A stretch of DNA of 64,000 nt from a virus (lineage: Duplodnaviria > Caudoviricetes): positions 1,091-65,090 of the IMG/VR virus record IMGVR_UViG_3300047678_000274, one strand, 5' to 3'. The position numbers were made by a program, and so were the translations under genes. Below, one piece after another: positions 18,770-27,448 of this stretch. The first letter of the stretch is position 1; each line of letters opens with the position of its first letter. The notes beneath the pieces are model-generated. The model did no database searches and was not told where the DNA came from. It saw nothing but the letters and a program-made list of their open reading frames with translations.

Positions 18770-18898
18770 CCCTTTACCCCGGTGCAAGAGCGCTGGGGTA
18801 AAGCCGTAGTGAAAAGGGTATATTAACGATTTATCGTTAATCAATATGGAACCTTTCTCCGATTTAATAAAAAAGTTTCAAAGTCCTTTATCTGGTGG

Positions 18899-18926
18899 TT
18901 GCTTTTTCTGCCAGTTCAGGTATACT
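18899..18926 (+). promoter_or_regulatory. Early promoter B
   Basis: TTGCTT-N16-TATACT. Confidence 0.8.
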
Positions 18927-18937
18927 TATGAGACTTG

Positions 18938-19057
18938 AAGGTAAACCGGCGCAGCGGACTAAAGACGCCACGGGCCAGAATTAAGGACCCGGACTAGGTT
19001 AAGCCGCCACTGTTTGACATTGCAAGAGATTGACGCGACCTCCGCTTAGGAGGCGCA
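18938..19057 (+). ncRNA. Structured leader RNA plus boxA-like motif, copy B
   Basis: Same architecture as 16676-16793 with compensatory changes. Confidence 0.65.
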
Positions 19058-19173
19058 ACTACTGTGAAGGTAGTCAACTTTACTACCTTCACATCTCCGA
19101 CTGTTACCCCTACGGAAACCCGTGGGGGTTTCAGCACGCCTGGCACTTAACGCCAGGTGATGGAAAATACCAA

Positions 19174-19425
19174 ATGGCTAACGCTCGTGTTGCTCGTGCT
19201 CGTGACCTTGTCACCCGTTTCAAACGGATCAAAGCGGCAGTGATCGTGACCGACACCCTGCTCGACACCTACTTCACTCGTCGCGCTGACGAGATCGAAG
19301 CGTTCAACGAGGACCTGGCGGTAACGCTCACGGTCACGAAGGACGAAGTGATTACCGACATCAAAGCGGTCGCAGCCAAAAAGGCTGCGCCTGCGAAACG
19401 CGCTACTCGCCGTAAAGCTAAGTAG
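19174..19425 (+). CDS. Early protein with basic K/A/R-rich tail
   Basis: ATG 19174; ends AAKKAAPAKRATRRKAK. Confidence 0.7.
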   Translation: MANARVARARDLVTRFKRIKAAVIVTDTLLDTYFTRRADEIEAFNEDLAVTLTVTKDEVITDIKAVAAKKAAPAKRATRRKAK

Positions 19426-19495
19426 TTGCCTCACCCCCAGCCAAAGTGCTGGGGGCACAGGCGTGTCCAGTATCCTGCTGGTGGAGAATTGAAAT

Positions 19496-19693
19496 ATGAA
19501 ACGCGCCAAAAAACTTAAAGTCAAAACCCCGGTCTTCACGATCAAGCACAAAAATACGTGCAAGGGTTCGATGATGGAAGGTGTGACTTTCAAATTGACC
19601 TACGTGCGCCGTGAGGACATGGAACGCTCGTCGGCCTACTTGACCGAACTCGGCGTCGACCACAAAGTGATCGAGCCTAAGCTCGCGGCCTAA
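19496..19693 (+). CDS. Early hypothetical protein
   Basis: RBS GGAG; flanked by hairpins. Confidence 0.7.
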   Translation: MKRAKKLKVKTPVFTIKHKNTCKGSMMEGVTFKLTYVRREDMERSSAYLTELGVDHKVIEPKLAA

Positions 19694-19752
19694 GCCTAAT
19701 GACCCCAGCGGAAACCCGCTGGGGTACAGGCATTGTGAGAAGAGGAGATTTA

Positions 19753-20595
19753 ATGCTCATACGCAAATCTGCTGGCATCATCCTGATTGCCTGTGGTACT
19801 GGACTGGCCGCCATCTCCGGCGTGCTAGCCTATGCGGGATTTGAGAGTCAAATCAAAATCCCGTTTGCTGGGTGGATCGGACCGTTTACGGCTGCTGCGG
19901 GCATTGCCCTCGGCATCGCTGTAGAAAGCGAAATCCGCCATCGCCGCTGGGTTGCCGCAGGCATCCTGGCCGTTCTTCTCGTTATTGCTGGCGGTCTTGA
20001 CCGTCACTCTGGCGAGTTGGCGCTGGCGAATAAGGTTGAGGAAGCCGGTCAGGCTTTCTCTGACCGAAACTCCACTTATACCACCGCTGTCGGTTCTAAA
20101 GCGGCTGCTGAAAAGCAGATCACTGACCTTGACGCAGAACTCCTGCTGATGGTTGCTGAAGATGCTCCGACGATCAAAAAAGCCCAGCTTCGGCTGAGCT
20201 CGCTTGGTTACTACGACAATAAAATCGATGGCGTCCGTGGCGGAGACACCCTCAAGGGTATGAACCGTCGCGGTGCTGAAATCCGCGCGCTGCTGGTTAC
20301 GGCGCGTGATGAATTGAAGAAAGCGACGGATACGGTCGCTGCGGGAGCTCCCACTGCGGAACTCCCGTTTAACCTGGCCGACGCTGGTCTCTACGCCACG
20401 TTGATCACTGTTCTGTCGATCGTGCTGGCCTTCGCGGGTTCATACGTCTTCGCCGGTTTTGATAAGCCGGTTGATATCGACAACGAGCTTGAAGAGCTTG
20501 AAGACGCCATGAGCGGCGTCGAGGGCGAAATCTTCGAGCTTGTTTCCTTCATGGATGAACAGAAGAAGCGCGCTGGCTCTAAAAAGCGTCGCTAA
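19753..20595 (+). CDS. Multi-TM membrane protein with a peptidoglycan-binding-like segment
   Basis: Three N-terminal and one C-terminal TM; IKKAQLRLSSLGYY..KIDGVRGGDT resembles PG_binding_1. Confidence 0.7.
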   Translation: MLIRKSAGIILIACGTGLAAISGVLAYAGFESQIKIPFAGWIGPFTAAAGIALGIAVESEIRHRRWVAAGILAVLLVIAGGLDRHSGELALANKVEEAGQAFSDRNSTYTTAVGSKAAAEKQITDLDAELLLMVAEDAPTIKKAQLRLSSLGYYDNKIDGVRGGDTLKGMNRRGAEIRALLVTARDELKKATDTVAAGAPTAELPFNLADAGLYATLITVLSIVLAFAGSYVFAGFDKPVDIDNELEELEDAMSGVEGEIFELVSFMDEQKKRAGSKKRR

Positions 20596-20658
20596 CGTCC
20601 TTAACCCCCAGCCAAAGTGCTGGGGGTTTTGGCGTGTGTAACATGGAGAAACCTACAC

Positions 20659-21078
20659 ATGACGACCTACACGACTTTCAACAAAGCCACTCTCGCCACG
20701 CTTCGCAACGAACTCAACGTTGTGCTGCATAAATTTGGTCAGGAGTCTGGTTTGATGTTTACGATCGGGAACATTCGTTTCGCTCCCGATGGTTCGACGA
20801 TGCATACACGTCTCGATGCCCACGTCAAAGGTGCTCTTTCGACTGAGTCAGTTCAGCTGGGTCAAACCCCGGCGCTGATGAAGGTTTTGAAAGACAACAA
20901 GATGGGTGACACCTTCCTCTCTCCGATAAGTGGTGAGATCACCCTGCTTGACTATCGTCCCCGTTCACACAAGTACCCATTCATCGGGAAACGTCGCGAC
21001 GGCAAGCGGTTTAAGTTCTCGTTCTCGGAAGTTCTGGCGGGTCAGTCCCCGGCCAAGATGCTCGCGGCAAAGAAATAG
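20659..21078 (+). CDS. Early hypothetical protein
   Basis: RBS TGGAGA; YRPRSHKYPF...GKRFKF. Confidence 0.75.
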   Translation: MTTYTTFNKATLATLRNELNVVLHKFGQESGLMFTIGNIRFAPDGSTMHTRLDAHVKGALSTESVQLGQTPALMKVLKDNKMGDTFLSPISGEITLLDYRPRSHKYPFIGKRRDGKRFKFSFSEVLAGQSPAKMLAAKK

Positions 21079-21139
21079 CCTACTTACCCCAGCCGCCCGG
21101 CGGCTGGGGTAGAGCCGTAGCCAGAATGGAGAATTTAAC

Positions 21140-21679
21140 ATGGCCCTGTCTTACAACGTTGAAGTTCTTGAGAAATTCAAAGCTCTCGCCATTCAACACC
21201 CCGGCCAGCTTGTGCCAGGTAAGACTTTCTACAGCAACGGTTATCCGGCTGAGTTCACTGTGACTCGCCTTTTGACTGAAGCTGAACACGACGTCGCTTT
21301 CGGTCTTTCTGAAAGCTCGCGCGTGCGGTCAGCCGACACAATTGAGTTGCGTTGGTTCGGCTATATGGTTGATGGCTTCAATGGTGAGAAACACGAGAGC
21401 TACGTCTCTATGTGGGATCGCAACATCGGCCAAAGCTACAACCCGTGGCTGATTTTCGCCGACAAAGAAACGCTTGAAGCGTGCAACAAAGAGTTGATCG
21501 TCACCCACTACACGTCTGAAAAAGACAAGCGGTGGGAAGAAATGAACGACAGCTACATGGACACTTATCCGTATGACGAATATCCGGATGAGCCGATCGA
21601 TCCGCTTGAAGATGCGGATGGCCTTGACGACAGCGACCGCCAAACTGAGCATGAGCTCTACGAAAAAGGTTGGCGCTAA
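21140..21679 (+). CDS. Early hypothetical protein with acidic tail
   Basis: RBS TGGAGA; tail LDDSDRQTEHELYEKGWR shared with 18006-18275. Confidence 0.75.
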   Translation: MALSYNVEVLEKFKALAIQHPGQLVPGKTFYSNGYPAEFTVTRLLTEAEHDVAFGLSESSRVRSADTIELRWFGYMVDGFNGEKHESYVSMWDRNIGQSYNPWLIFADKETLEACNKELIVTHYTSEKDKRWEEMNDSYMDTYPYDEYPDEPIDPLEDADGLDDSDRQTEHELYEKGWR

Positions 21680-21736
21680 CTCCTTACCCCAGCAGAAACC
21701 TGCTGGGGTACAGGCGTAGTGAATGGAGAAAATCAC

Positions 21737-22123
21737 ATGGCTGTTATTATCGACGCTACTTACTCTGACCTCCACAAGGACGTCTACGGCTTCCGGCCGC
21801 GTGGCGTTAACTTCGAGACCCAGGAAGAATATGACGCGGAATATGAGCGTCTTGTTCGCCAACTCGATGTGGTGATGGAGGACGAGCGGCTCGCCAAAAT
21901 CCGCGCTGTCAAGACTGTGAAGGATCGCCTTTGTGGGTTGATGCGTGATCACGGCATCGACGGGCTCACCGCTCTGCAGTGGGACTACGATGCTATGGGC
22001 TGTGACGGCTGGTACGGCTGGGAAGACTACTGTTACACAACCGGGATCGGCTTCGCGCTAGACCGGAAGATGTTCCGCCTCGGCATCAAGCCTCCGCTTA
22101 AATTCCAGCAATTTAAGTCGTAA
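21737..22123 (+). CDS. Early hypothetical protein
   Basis: RBS TGGAGA; YSDLHKDVYGFRPR motif. Confidence 0.75.
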   Translation: MAVIIDATYSDLHKDVYGFRPRGVNFETQEEYDAEYERLVRQLDVVMEDERLAKIRAVKTVKDRLCGLMRDHGIDGLTALQWDYDAMGCDGWYGWEDYCYTTGIGFALDRKMFRLGIKPPLKFQQFKS

Positions 22124-22172
22124 CTACCTTTACCCCACCGGAACCAGGTGGGGTTTTGGTGTGTAAATTTTA

Positions 22173-22248
22173 GGACCATTAGCTCAGCGGTTAGAGCTCC
22201 CCGTTGTCGGCGGGAATGTCGCCGGTTCGAATCCGGCATGGTTCGCCA
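22173..22248 (+). tRNA. tRNA-Asp(GTC)
   Basis: Acceptor GGACCAT/ATGGTTC, D-arm GCTC/GAGC, anticodon GTC, TTCGAAT, CCA. Confidence 0.88.
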
Positions 22249-22315
22249 ATATCGGTACTTCTGCGCGAGGCGGAAGCTAAGTCACTCAGTAAAATGCTGG
22301 GAGCCGAGTAATACT

Positions 22316-22401
22316 GGGATGGTAAAGTGCGGGGTCCTGCACAGTTGGCCTGTAAAGCCGATCCTTAAATGGGAGTGGTTCGAATCCACACTCTCCCACC
22401 A
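22316..22401 (+). tRNA. tRNA-Tyr(GTA), atypical D-arm
   Basis: Anticodon loop CTGTAAA, long variable arm, GTGG-TTCGAAT-CCAC, CCA. Confidence 0.7.
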
Positions 22402-22581
22402 ATTTCCAAAATCATTGAACCCCAACGGAAACCTGTTGGGGTTTCAGTGTGCAAAAAACAAGGTCCCTAGTACCACTCTATAAAATCTTCGAGCGTTCTT
22501 CACGATAGAGAGAAGAACTGGGATGGCAGGGCTCGCGTCCTTTACTTGTTTTTTGTATTTTGCTTTAACAAGGAACTGATT

Positions 22582-22785
22582 ATGAGAAACCACCTTATCG
22601 CTATCGCTTCAATCGCTGCACTCATGCTTCTTGCTTTGGGTGGATGCGGTAAAGATTATTCCAGTGATGGCACTTCGCTGTCTTTCTGGACCGACAAAGC
22701 CACCGGCTGTAACTATGTGGTACAATCTCAAGGCGGGATTTACCCACGCCGTGGCTTCCCGGAACCTGCCGCCTGTAAGGACTAG
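22582..22785 (+). CDS. Small lipoprotein
   Basis: Signal peptide with LGGC lipobox; RBS AAGGA. Confidence 0.7.
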   Translation: MRNHLIAIASIAALMLLALGGCGKDYSSDGTSLSFWTDKATGCNYVVQSQGGIYPRRGFPEPAACKD

Positions 22786-22788
22786 TGA

Positions 22789-22971
22789 ATGAAGAAGGTA
22801 TCTGAGATGCCTTGGGACGACCCCGATTTTGTGGCGGCTATGAAAGTCGCATACAGAACGGGTTATAGTAACGGTGAGCACGATGGTGTCACTTATTACG
22901 ACAGAACGTCTACCTCGCGCGACAGCTTCGCAGATTTTATGCGTGATGCAAAAGACGGCTTCGAAGATTAA
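22789..22971 (+). CDS. Small hypothetical protein
   Basis: 60-aa ORF before terminator. Confidence 0.55.
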   Translation: MKKVSEMPWDDPDFVAAMKVAYRTGYSNGEHDGVTYYDRTSTSRDSFADFMRDAKDGFED

Positions 22972-22977
22972 TTAAAA

Positions 22978-23006
22978 GAAACCCTCCAGTTCGCTGGAGG
23001 GTTTTT
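22978..23006 (+). terminator. Intrinsic terminator closing the early block
   Basis: AAACCCTCCAG-ttcg-CTGGAGGGTTTTT. Confidence 0.85.
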
Positions 23007-23016
23007 CATATCCTGA

Positions 23017-23044
23017 TTGACAAACCTGCCAAAAGAGGTATAAT
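23017..23044 (+). promoter_or_regulatory. Sigma70-like promoter
   Basis: TTGACA-N16-TATAAT. Confidence 0.8.
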
Positions 23045-23249
23045 CAATTGTCCACTGTGAATACGAAGGAGTAATTATGATTCACGATCCACTTGGAAGC
23101 GAGAAAACCTTGAGGAACAGCGATGAGGTTGTTCAGAAACTCATTGAGTTGCGGGATGATCTTTGGAGATGTCGGAAAGTTTTGTCTTTTCCCGAAACCA
23201 TGATCGCATTCAAGATCAACAGCTGTCTGTATCAACCAAAGGAAAGGTC

Positions 23250-24149
23250 ATGAGAACGGAAACATCTGTCTTGGTTGAAAGCATCGAATTTATCAGAAAT
23301 TTTTCAACCCACAAAGGTTTGCTTAAGATCAAATACAAAGACAGAGACAACAAGGAAATTATCTTTGTCGGCGGTATGCATGCACATGGTCTTTTGTCTG
23401 AGAGTGAAGAAGGAAACCATTTTCAATTATTCTTTGAACAGGTAAAGTCATGATCTACATCCGCACCGCCGATAAGATTTCTCAGCCGTTCACTATTCCT
23501 CTTTGGTCCAAGATTTTAGCCACACTTTTTGCTTGCTATTTCGTCTGGATCACGGTAGAATACGTTAAGATGGTTTCAATGGAAAGTGAGATCGCACGTC
23601 TTGAGGTTACCACAGCAGCTAAATACGAGTTGATAGCTCGCCTTGAAGATACCAAGGTTGTGCTCGACGAAGCAATTAAAAATCAAGATCTTGTGATCGA
23701 AACGGCCAGAAGGATGTACACAGATGAACTCTCAGCTATCCATTAATTGGAAACTTGCTCAAGAACTCGCAAGCGAGCGTGATAAACTCGACGCTGATCT
23801 AACCAGCCTACAGACAGAGTTGCGTCATCTTTCTTCAACTGTAAATCAGAAAATTGCCGCCAAGGAATTGGTGTTGAGCAAACTGAATCGCCTACAAGAA
23901 GAAACCAGCAAGCTTGTTACTACGGGTGAGTGGGTTCTGAAAAAACCAATTAGTCCTACGCCATTGAGCGGGGTCGCCACTGGTTCGAACTCTGCCCTTA
24001 TTTCTAAGACCCTTAATGAGAATGTGATATGGAATTTCGTGAAAGAAACCTTCGTGAAAGCATGGAATTTCTTCTTCAACAGGCCCAAAAAGGTAAACCC
24101 GTCTGTAACGCCAGAGTCGCCGCTGGACTCCTCTACAAAGGTGAGCTAA
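23250..24149 (+). other. Run of three small hypothetical genes (23250-23453, 23450-23746 with TM, 23724-24149 coiled-coil)
   Basis: Coupled starts and stops. Confidence 0.55.
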
Positions 24150-24445
24150 TTGCGGTTGGGCGTAACAGCTTAAAGAGTCACCCGTTCCAGAAACGGTTTT
24201 CAAAGAACGAAGATGCCATATTCTTACACGCCGAAAATGATTGTCTCATCAACGCCATTGGAGTCTATCCTGGCGTTCTTGAAGACATGCCAAAATGTAG
24301 CCTCTTGGTCGCTCGATCTAAGAATGGTCCGACCGGTTGGACCTCAGGTCTTGCAAAACCGTGCATCGGCTGCCAGCGGGCCATCGCCCACTTTGGTATC
24401 AAGCAAGTTTATTTCACAAGCGACACGGGAATAGAATGCCTGTAA
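24029..24445 (+). CDS. Zn-dependent nucleoside deaminase-like protein
   Basis: LHAENDC...AKPCIGC motifs. Confidence 0.8.
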   Translation: MEFRERNLRESMEFLLQQAQKGKPVCNARVAAGLLYKGELIAVGRNSLKSHPFQKRFSKNEDAIFLHAENDCLINAIGVYPGVLEDMPKCSLLVARSKNGPTGWTSGLAKPCIGCQRAIAHFGIKQVYFTSDTGIECL

Positions 24446-24699
24446 ACTATGAAGTCAGAGTTTCATTCCTTCAAAGAATGAAGAAGAACAACGAGTTTCG
24501 TCTTGAAGAAATGATCTCTTCACCACACTCTATTCCTAGTGAATTGCGTTCTCAGTGGCGCGAAGAACAAACCCGCGACTCAAAGTTGTTTGATGAAATT
24601 ATCAATGATCTTTCATTGCAATCTACTAACTGTTATGAATGTGGATGCGAACTTCACGGTCCATATTGCCCCAAATGTAATGAAGAGGACTTAAAGTGA
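24436..24699 (+). CDS. Hypothetical protein with C-terminal Zn ribbon
   Basis: CYECG...CPKC. Confidence 0.55.
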   Translation: MPVNYEVRVSFLQRMKKNNEFRLEEMISSPHSIPSELRSQWREEQTRDSKLFDEIINDLSLQSTNCYECGCELHGPYCPKCNEEDLK

Positions 24700-24808
24700 A
24701 GAATCAACTTACACCATATCGCCCTAGACTAACCATCAAAGAACAGATCAAGAACAGGCTTGCCTTGTGGGCTTGGTATCTTGGACTCAAAGATTTTAAG
24801 GATTAAAC

Positions 24809-25144
24809 ATGGGATACCTAACGAGATACAGTCTTAGTGTTGATTACATGGGCACTGATAAAGAGAACATGTACGAAGAAATTGAGAAGGTAAAGTCCGC
24901 TGTAATTCCTAATGATTATGGAACTATCGGGGCTTTGATTGCTGAGGGAATGGAATGCAAGTGGTATGGCCACGAAAAAGATATGCGTAAGATTTCTAAA
25001 CATTTCCCGAAGATTCTTTTTGTTCTAGAGGGTGAAGGTGAAGAAAACGGCGATATCTGGAAAATGTATTTCCTCGATGGTAAAGCCCAACGCTGTAAAG
25101 CGATCCTCCGTTTTCCCGCCTTCGATGCAACCAAGCTTACATAA
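24809..25144 (+). CDS. Conserved-looking phage protein
   Basis: MGY.T.Y...CKWYGHEKDM..IS...P...F.LEGEGEE.GDIWK.YF.DGK. Confidence 0.7.
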   Translation: MGYLTRYSLSVDYMGTDKENMYEEIEKVKSAVIPNDYGTIGALIAEGMECKWYGHEKDMRKISKHFPKILFVLEGEGEENGDIWKMYFLDGKAQRCKAILRFPAFDATKLT

Positions 25145-25460
25145 CTTCTTCGAGGACGATCGTCCACCAGCAGAAATAGAGCGCCAGAAACGCATCTGTG
25201 TTGCGCTATGGGCTTGGGCTTACGAAAAGCATTCTGATCCTCTTGTGAGTGATGCTAAATTCGACAAGGTCTGCTCTGAAATTGACACCAAAGTTGATAC
25301 TGGTAACAAAGTGCTGGATAACTTCTTCAAGAAGAAATTTGGACCGGAGACTGGACAGTGGGTTCACTCTCACCCTGAGAAGGCCAAACTAGAAGCTCTA
25401 TATCAACGCCTAAATTTTTCTCGTGTTCTACATACAATTCAACAAAGGATGTCTGCTTGA
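25125..25460 (+). CDS. Stand-alone protein resembling domain Ia of NAD-dependent DNA ligase
   Basis: WAYEKHSDPLVSDAKFDK resembles the YY...P.ISD.EYD motif. Confidence 0.55.
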   Translation: MQPSLHNFFEDDRPPAEIERQKRICVALWAWAYEKHSDPLVSDAKFDKVCSEIDTKVDTGNKVLDNFFKKKFGPETGQWVHSHPEKAKLEALYQRLNFSRVLHTIQQRMSA

Positions 25461-25949
25461 TGCGGTTTGTTAATGGCGAATTCTATCTTTATGGTGGAAA
25501 TAATCTAATCCGTAAAAGTAGCGGTGCTACAAGAGAAACTCTCTGGGAATGTGTGGCAGTTGGAGCTCGCTGGGCGCTTCTCTACTTTGATGGTCGTAAG
25601 TGTGACACTAAAGAAACAACTGTAGCTGTGGAGCATGGCGATGTCCTTTGGAAAAAGGCGTAAGGTTGATAAACCTCAGATCCTGCATCTGAAGAAACAT
25701 TCTCTTAATGCGATCCGTGCTGGAGAATTAGTTGTTGAACCGTGTAAGAAGAAAATCAAGGATGGGCTTAGTGCGGTCCATAAGAAGATGTTCTTCAACA
25801 CCGCTGTTCTCCACATTCCAGCAGAAATTGACTACCTGATTGTTCAGACCATTGAAGGTATGGGTTATGAACAGAAGGACGTTCGCGTCGCGATGCATGA
25901 GGGTCTTCAAGAACTACGGTTCGAGATCTTCCCACCAGAATCAGTTTAG
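25457..25949 (+). other. Two small hypothetical genes (25457-25663, 25641-25949)
   Basis: Overlapping ORFs in gene run. Confidence 0.5.
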
Positions 25950-26024
25950 GGCGTATAGCTCAATTGGTAGAGCCGCCACCTCATAAGTGGTTCAGTGCTG
26001 GTTCAAGCCCGGCTACGCCTACCA
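25949..26024 (+). tRNA. tRNA-CAT (Ile2 or elongator Met)
   Basis: Acceptor GGGCGTA/TACGCCT, anticodon loop CTCATAA, CCA; lacks initiator features. Confidence 0.88.
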
Positions 26025-26232
26025 GCAAAGGAAATGAAATGACTGCAAATACAATTATCATAGACCGAGTCAAAGATGGCATGAGCGAAATGGCCGGTGT
26101 CGCCAAAATTGTTGGTGGTGCTAAAGAAGAAGACCTGGATCAGTTCTTCAAAGAACAGGCTGCTGTCAAGAAAACTAAATAGGTCAAGAAAACTAAAAAA
26201 GGTAATTTAGCGGGACTGGTAAGATTAGAGTT

Positions 26233-26304
26233 GCGGGTCTGGGATAGATGGATGTTCACCGGTCTTCCAAACCGAGAAGGCGAGTTCGATACTCGCGGCC
26301 CGCT
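26233..26304 (+). tRNA. tRNA-Gly(TCC)
   Basis: Acceptor GCGGGTC/GGCCCGC, anticodon loop CTTCCAA, T discriminator; no CCA. Confidence 0.8.
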
Positions 26305-26308
26305 CTTT

Positions 26309-26360
26309 GAGAGACTCCGAAAGTATAAATAGACTGTGATAGTCGCTTTCGGAGTCTCTC
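26309..26360 (+). promoter_or_regulatory. 15-bp inverted repeat with late promoter in the loop and RBS in the 3' arm
   Basis: GAGAGACTCCGAAAG-TATAAATA...-CTTTCGGAGTCTCTC then GTG. Confidence 0.8.
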
Positions 26361-26653
26361 GTGTTCTTTATTGTTTACAAAACAACCAACAAGATCAACG
26401 GTAAGTGTTACGTTGGATCGCACAAAACTTCGGATATCGACGATGGATATCTTGGCTCCGGTAAGTACTTGAAGCTGCTATAGCCAAACATGGTTCTGAT
26501 AATTTTGTAAGAGAAATTCTCTTTCAGTTTAATAATCCGAAAGACATGTACGCTAAAGAAGCGGAAATTGTCAATGAAGATTTTCTGATGAATGAAAACA
26601 TTCAGAAGAAACACTTCAGAAAATGCGGTCCGCGCGAGCCAAACGAAACCTGA
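26361..26653 (+). pseudogene. Frameshifted GIY-YIG (Seg-like) endonuclease
   Basis: FIVYKTTNKINGKCYVGSHKT..DDGYLGSG, then shifted AIAKHG..NFVREIL. Confidence 0.8.
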
Positions 26654-26657
26654 AACA

Positions 26658-27448
26658 ATGAGTTATTTTGATATGCCAAAGACATTTGAACTTAAAGCTG
26701 AATATGTTGTAACGCGAAAATTCTGGCCTCGTACTCCACAGGCATGGAAAGCGTTCTGGTGGAACCCGTGGCGTTACTGGCGTTCCCATGTTCTCAAAGA
26801 AAAAATAATCAAACGTGGCGCTGAGCAAATTCGCAAAGACATCGATGATCGTATCATAATGGAGAAACTATAATGGTAACCGAAGTGCAACCCACACCCA
26901 AGCAACGTATTATCGCCGGAGTAAAGAAAACTCCATCCAAACGTAAACCAAAGGCCGATGTTAAGTATCCAGACGTGTCTGTCCAGCTTACTGGTAAGGA
27001 TGGAAACGCCTACTCTATCATCGGTGAGGTTAACCGGGCTCTCCGCCGTGGAGGTCATGTGGACGCTCTGGAGACCTTTATGGCTGAGGCAACGGGAGCT
27101 AAGTCCTATGGTGAGTTCCTACAGGTTGTCATGCGTACAGTGAATGTGCGATGAATATCTCCGGTGGAAAATTTCCTAAAGTAGACCCTATCACCATCTT
27201 GACGATGATTGCGTTTGCGATCGCTGGTGGAATAATTGGGTGGTTGTATTTCGGAACCTTGTTTGATGCGTAATATACTAGAGTACCCAATTACACCACA
27301 AGAGTGTATTGATTTTCTTGAGAGAATCAGACCTCAATTTACCTATGAAGCTACTAAGCGAATAGGTGGTCACGATGGGCTTCTGATTGATTACATTCAG
27401 AAAGCTCTAATGGACAAAATTATTTTTGACCAAGCAATGAGATCGTAA
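26658..27448 (+). other. Small hypothetical genes (26658-26873, 26873-27154, 27266-27448)
   Basis: Coupled ORFs; 26873 ORF carries LTGKDGNAYSIIG motif. Confidence 0.55.

Larger units (their letters stand above)
17234..22449 (+). repeat. Family of 12 intergenic CCC(C)/GGG(G) hairpins
   Basis: Copies at ~17234, 17692, 18275, 18770, 19101, 19427, 19694, 20595, 21078, 21679, 22125, 22413; typical core ACCCCAGC..loop..GCTGGGGT. Confidence 0.9.

Noticed and set aside
17234-22449. CRISPR or guide-RNA array interpretation of the repeated hairpins
   Set aside because: Repeats differ in sequence, are separated by whole genes of variable length, and no cas or Nop-domain gene is seen.
17234-22449. Canonical integron attC sites
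   Set aside because: Some begin with TAAC, but none ends in a pairing GTTRRRY core, and no tyrosine recombinase is in the window; kept only as an analogy.
1246-26038. ORF-track starts at 1246, 22148 and 25964
   Set aside because: They overlap tRNA genes; better starts with an RBS exist at 1330 and 26039, and 22148 is spurious.
26164-26200. Short tandem duplication GTCAAGAAAACTAAA
   Set aside because: Two copies only; looks like simple slippage at a gene end.
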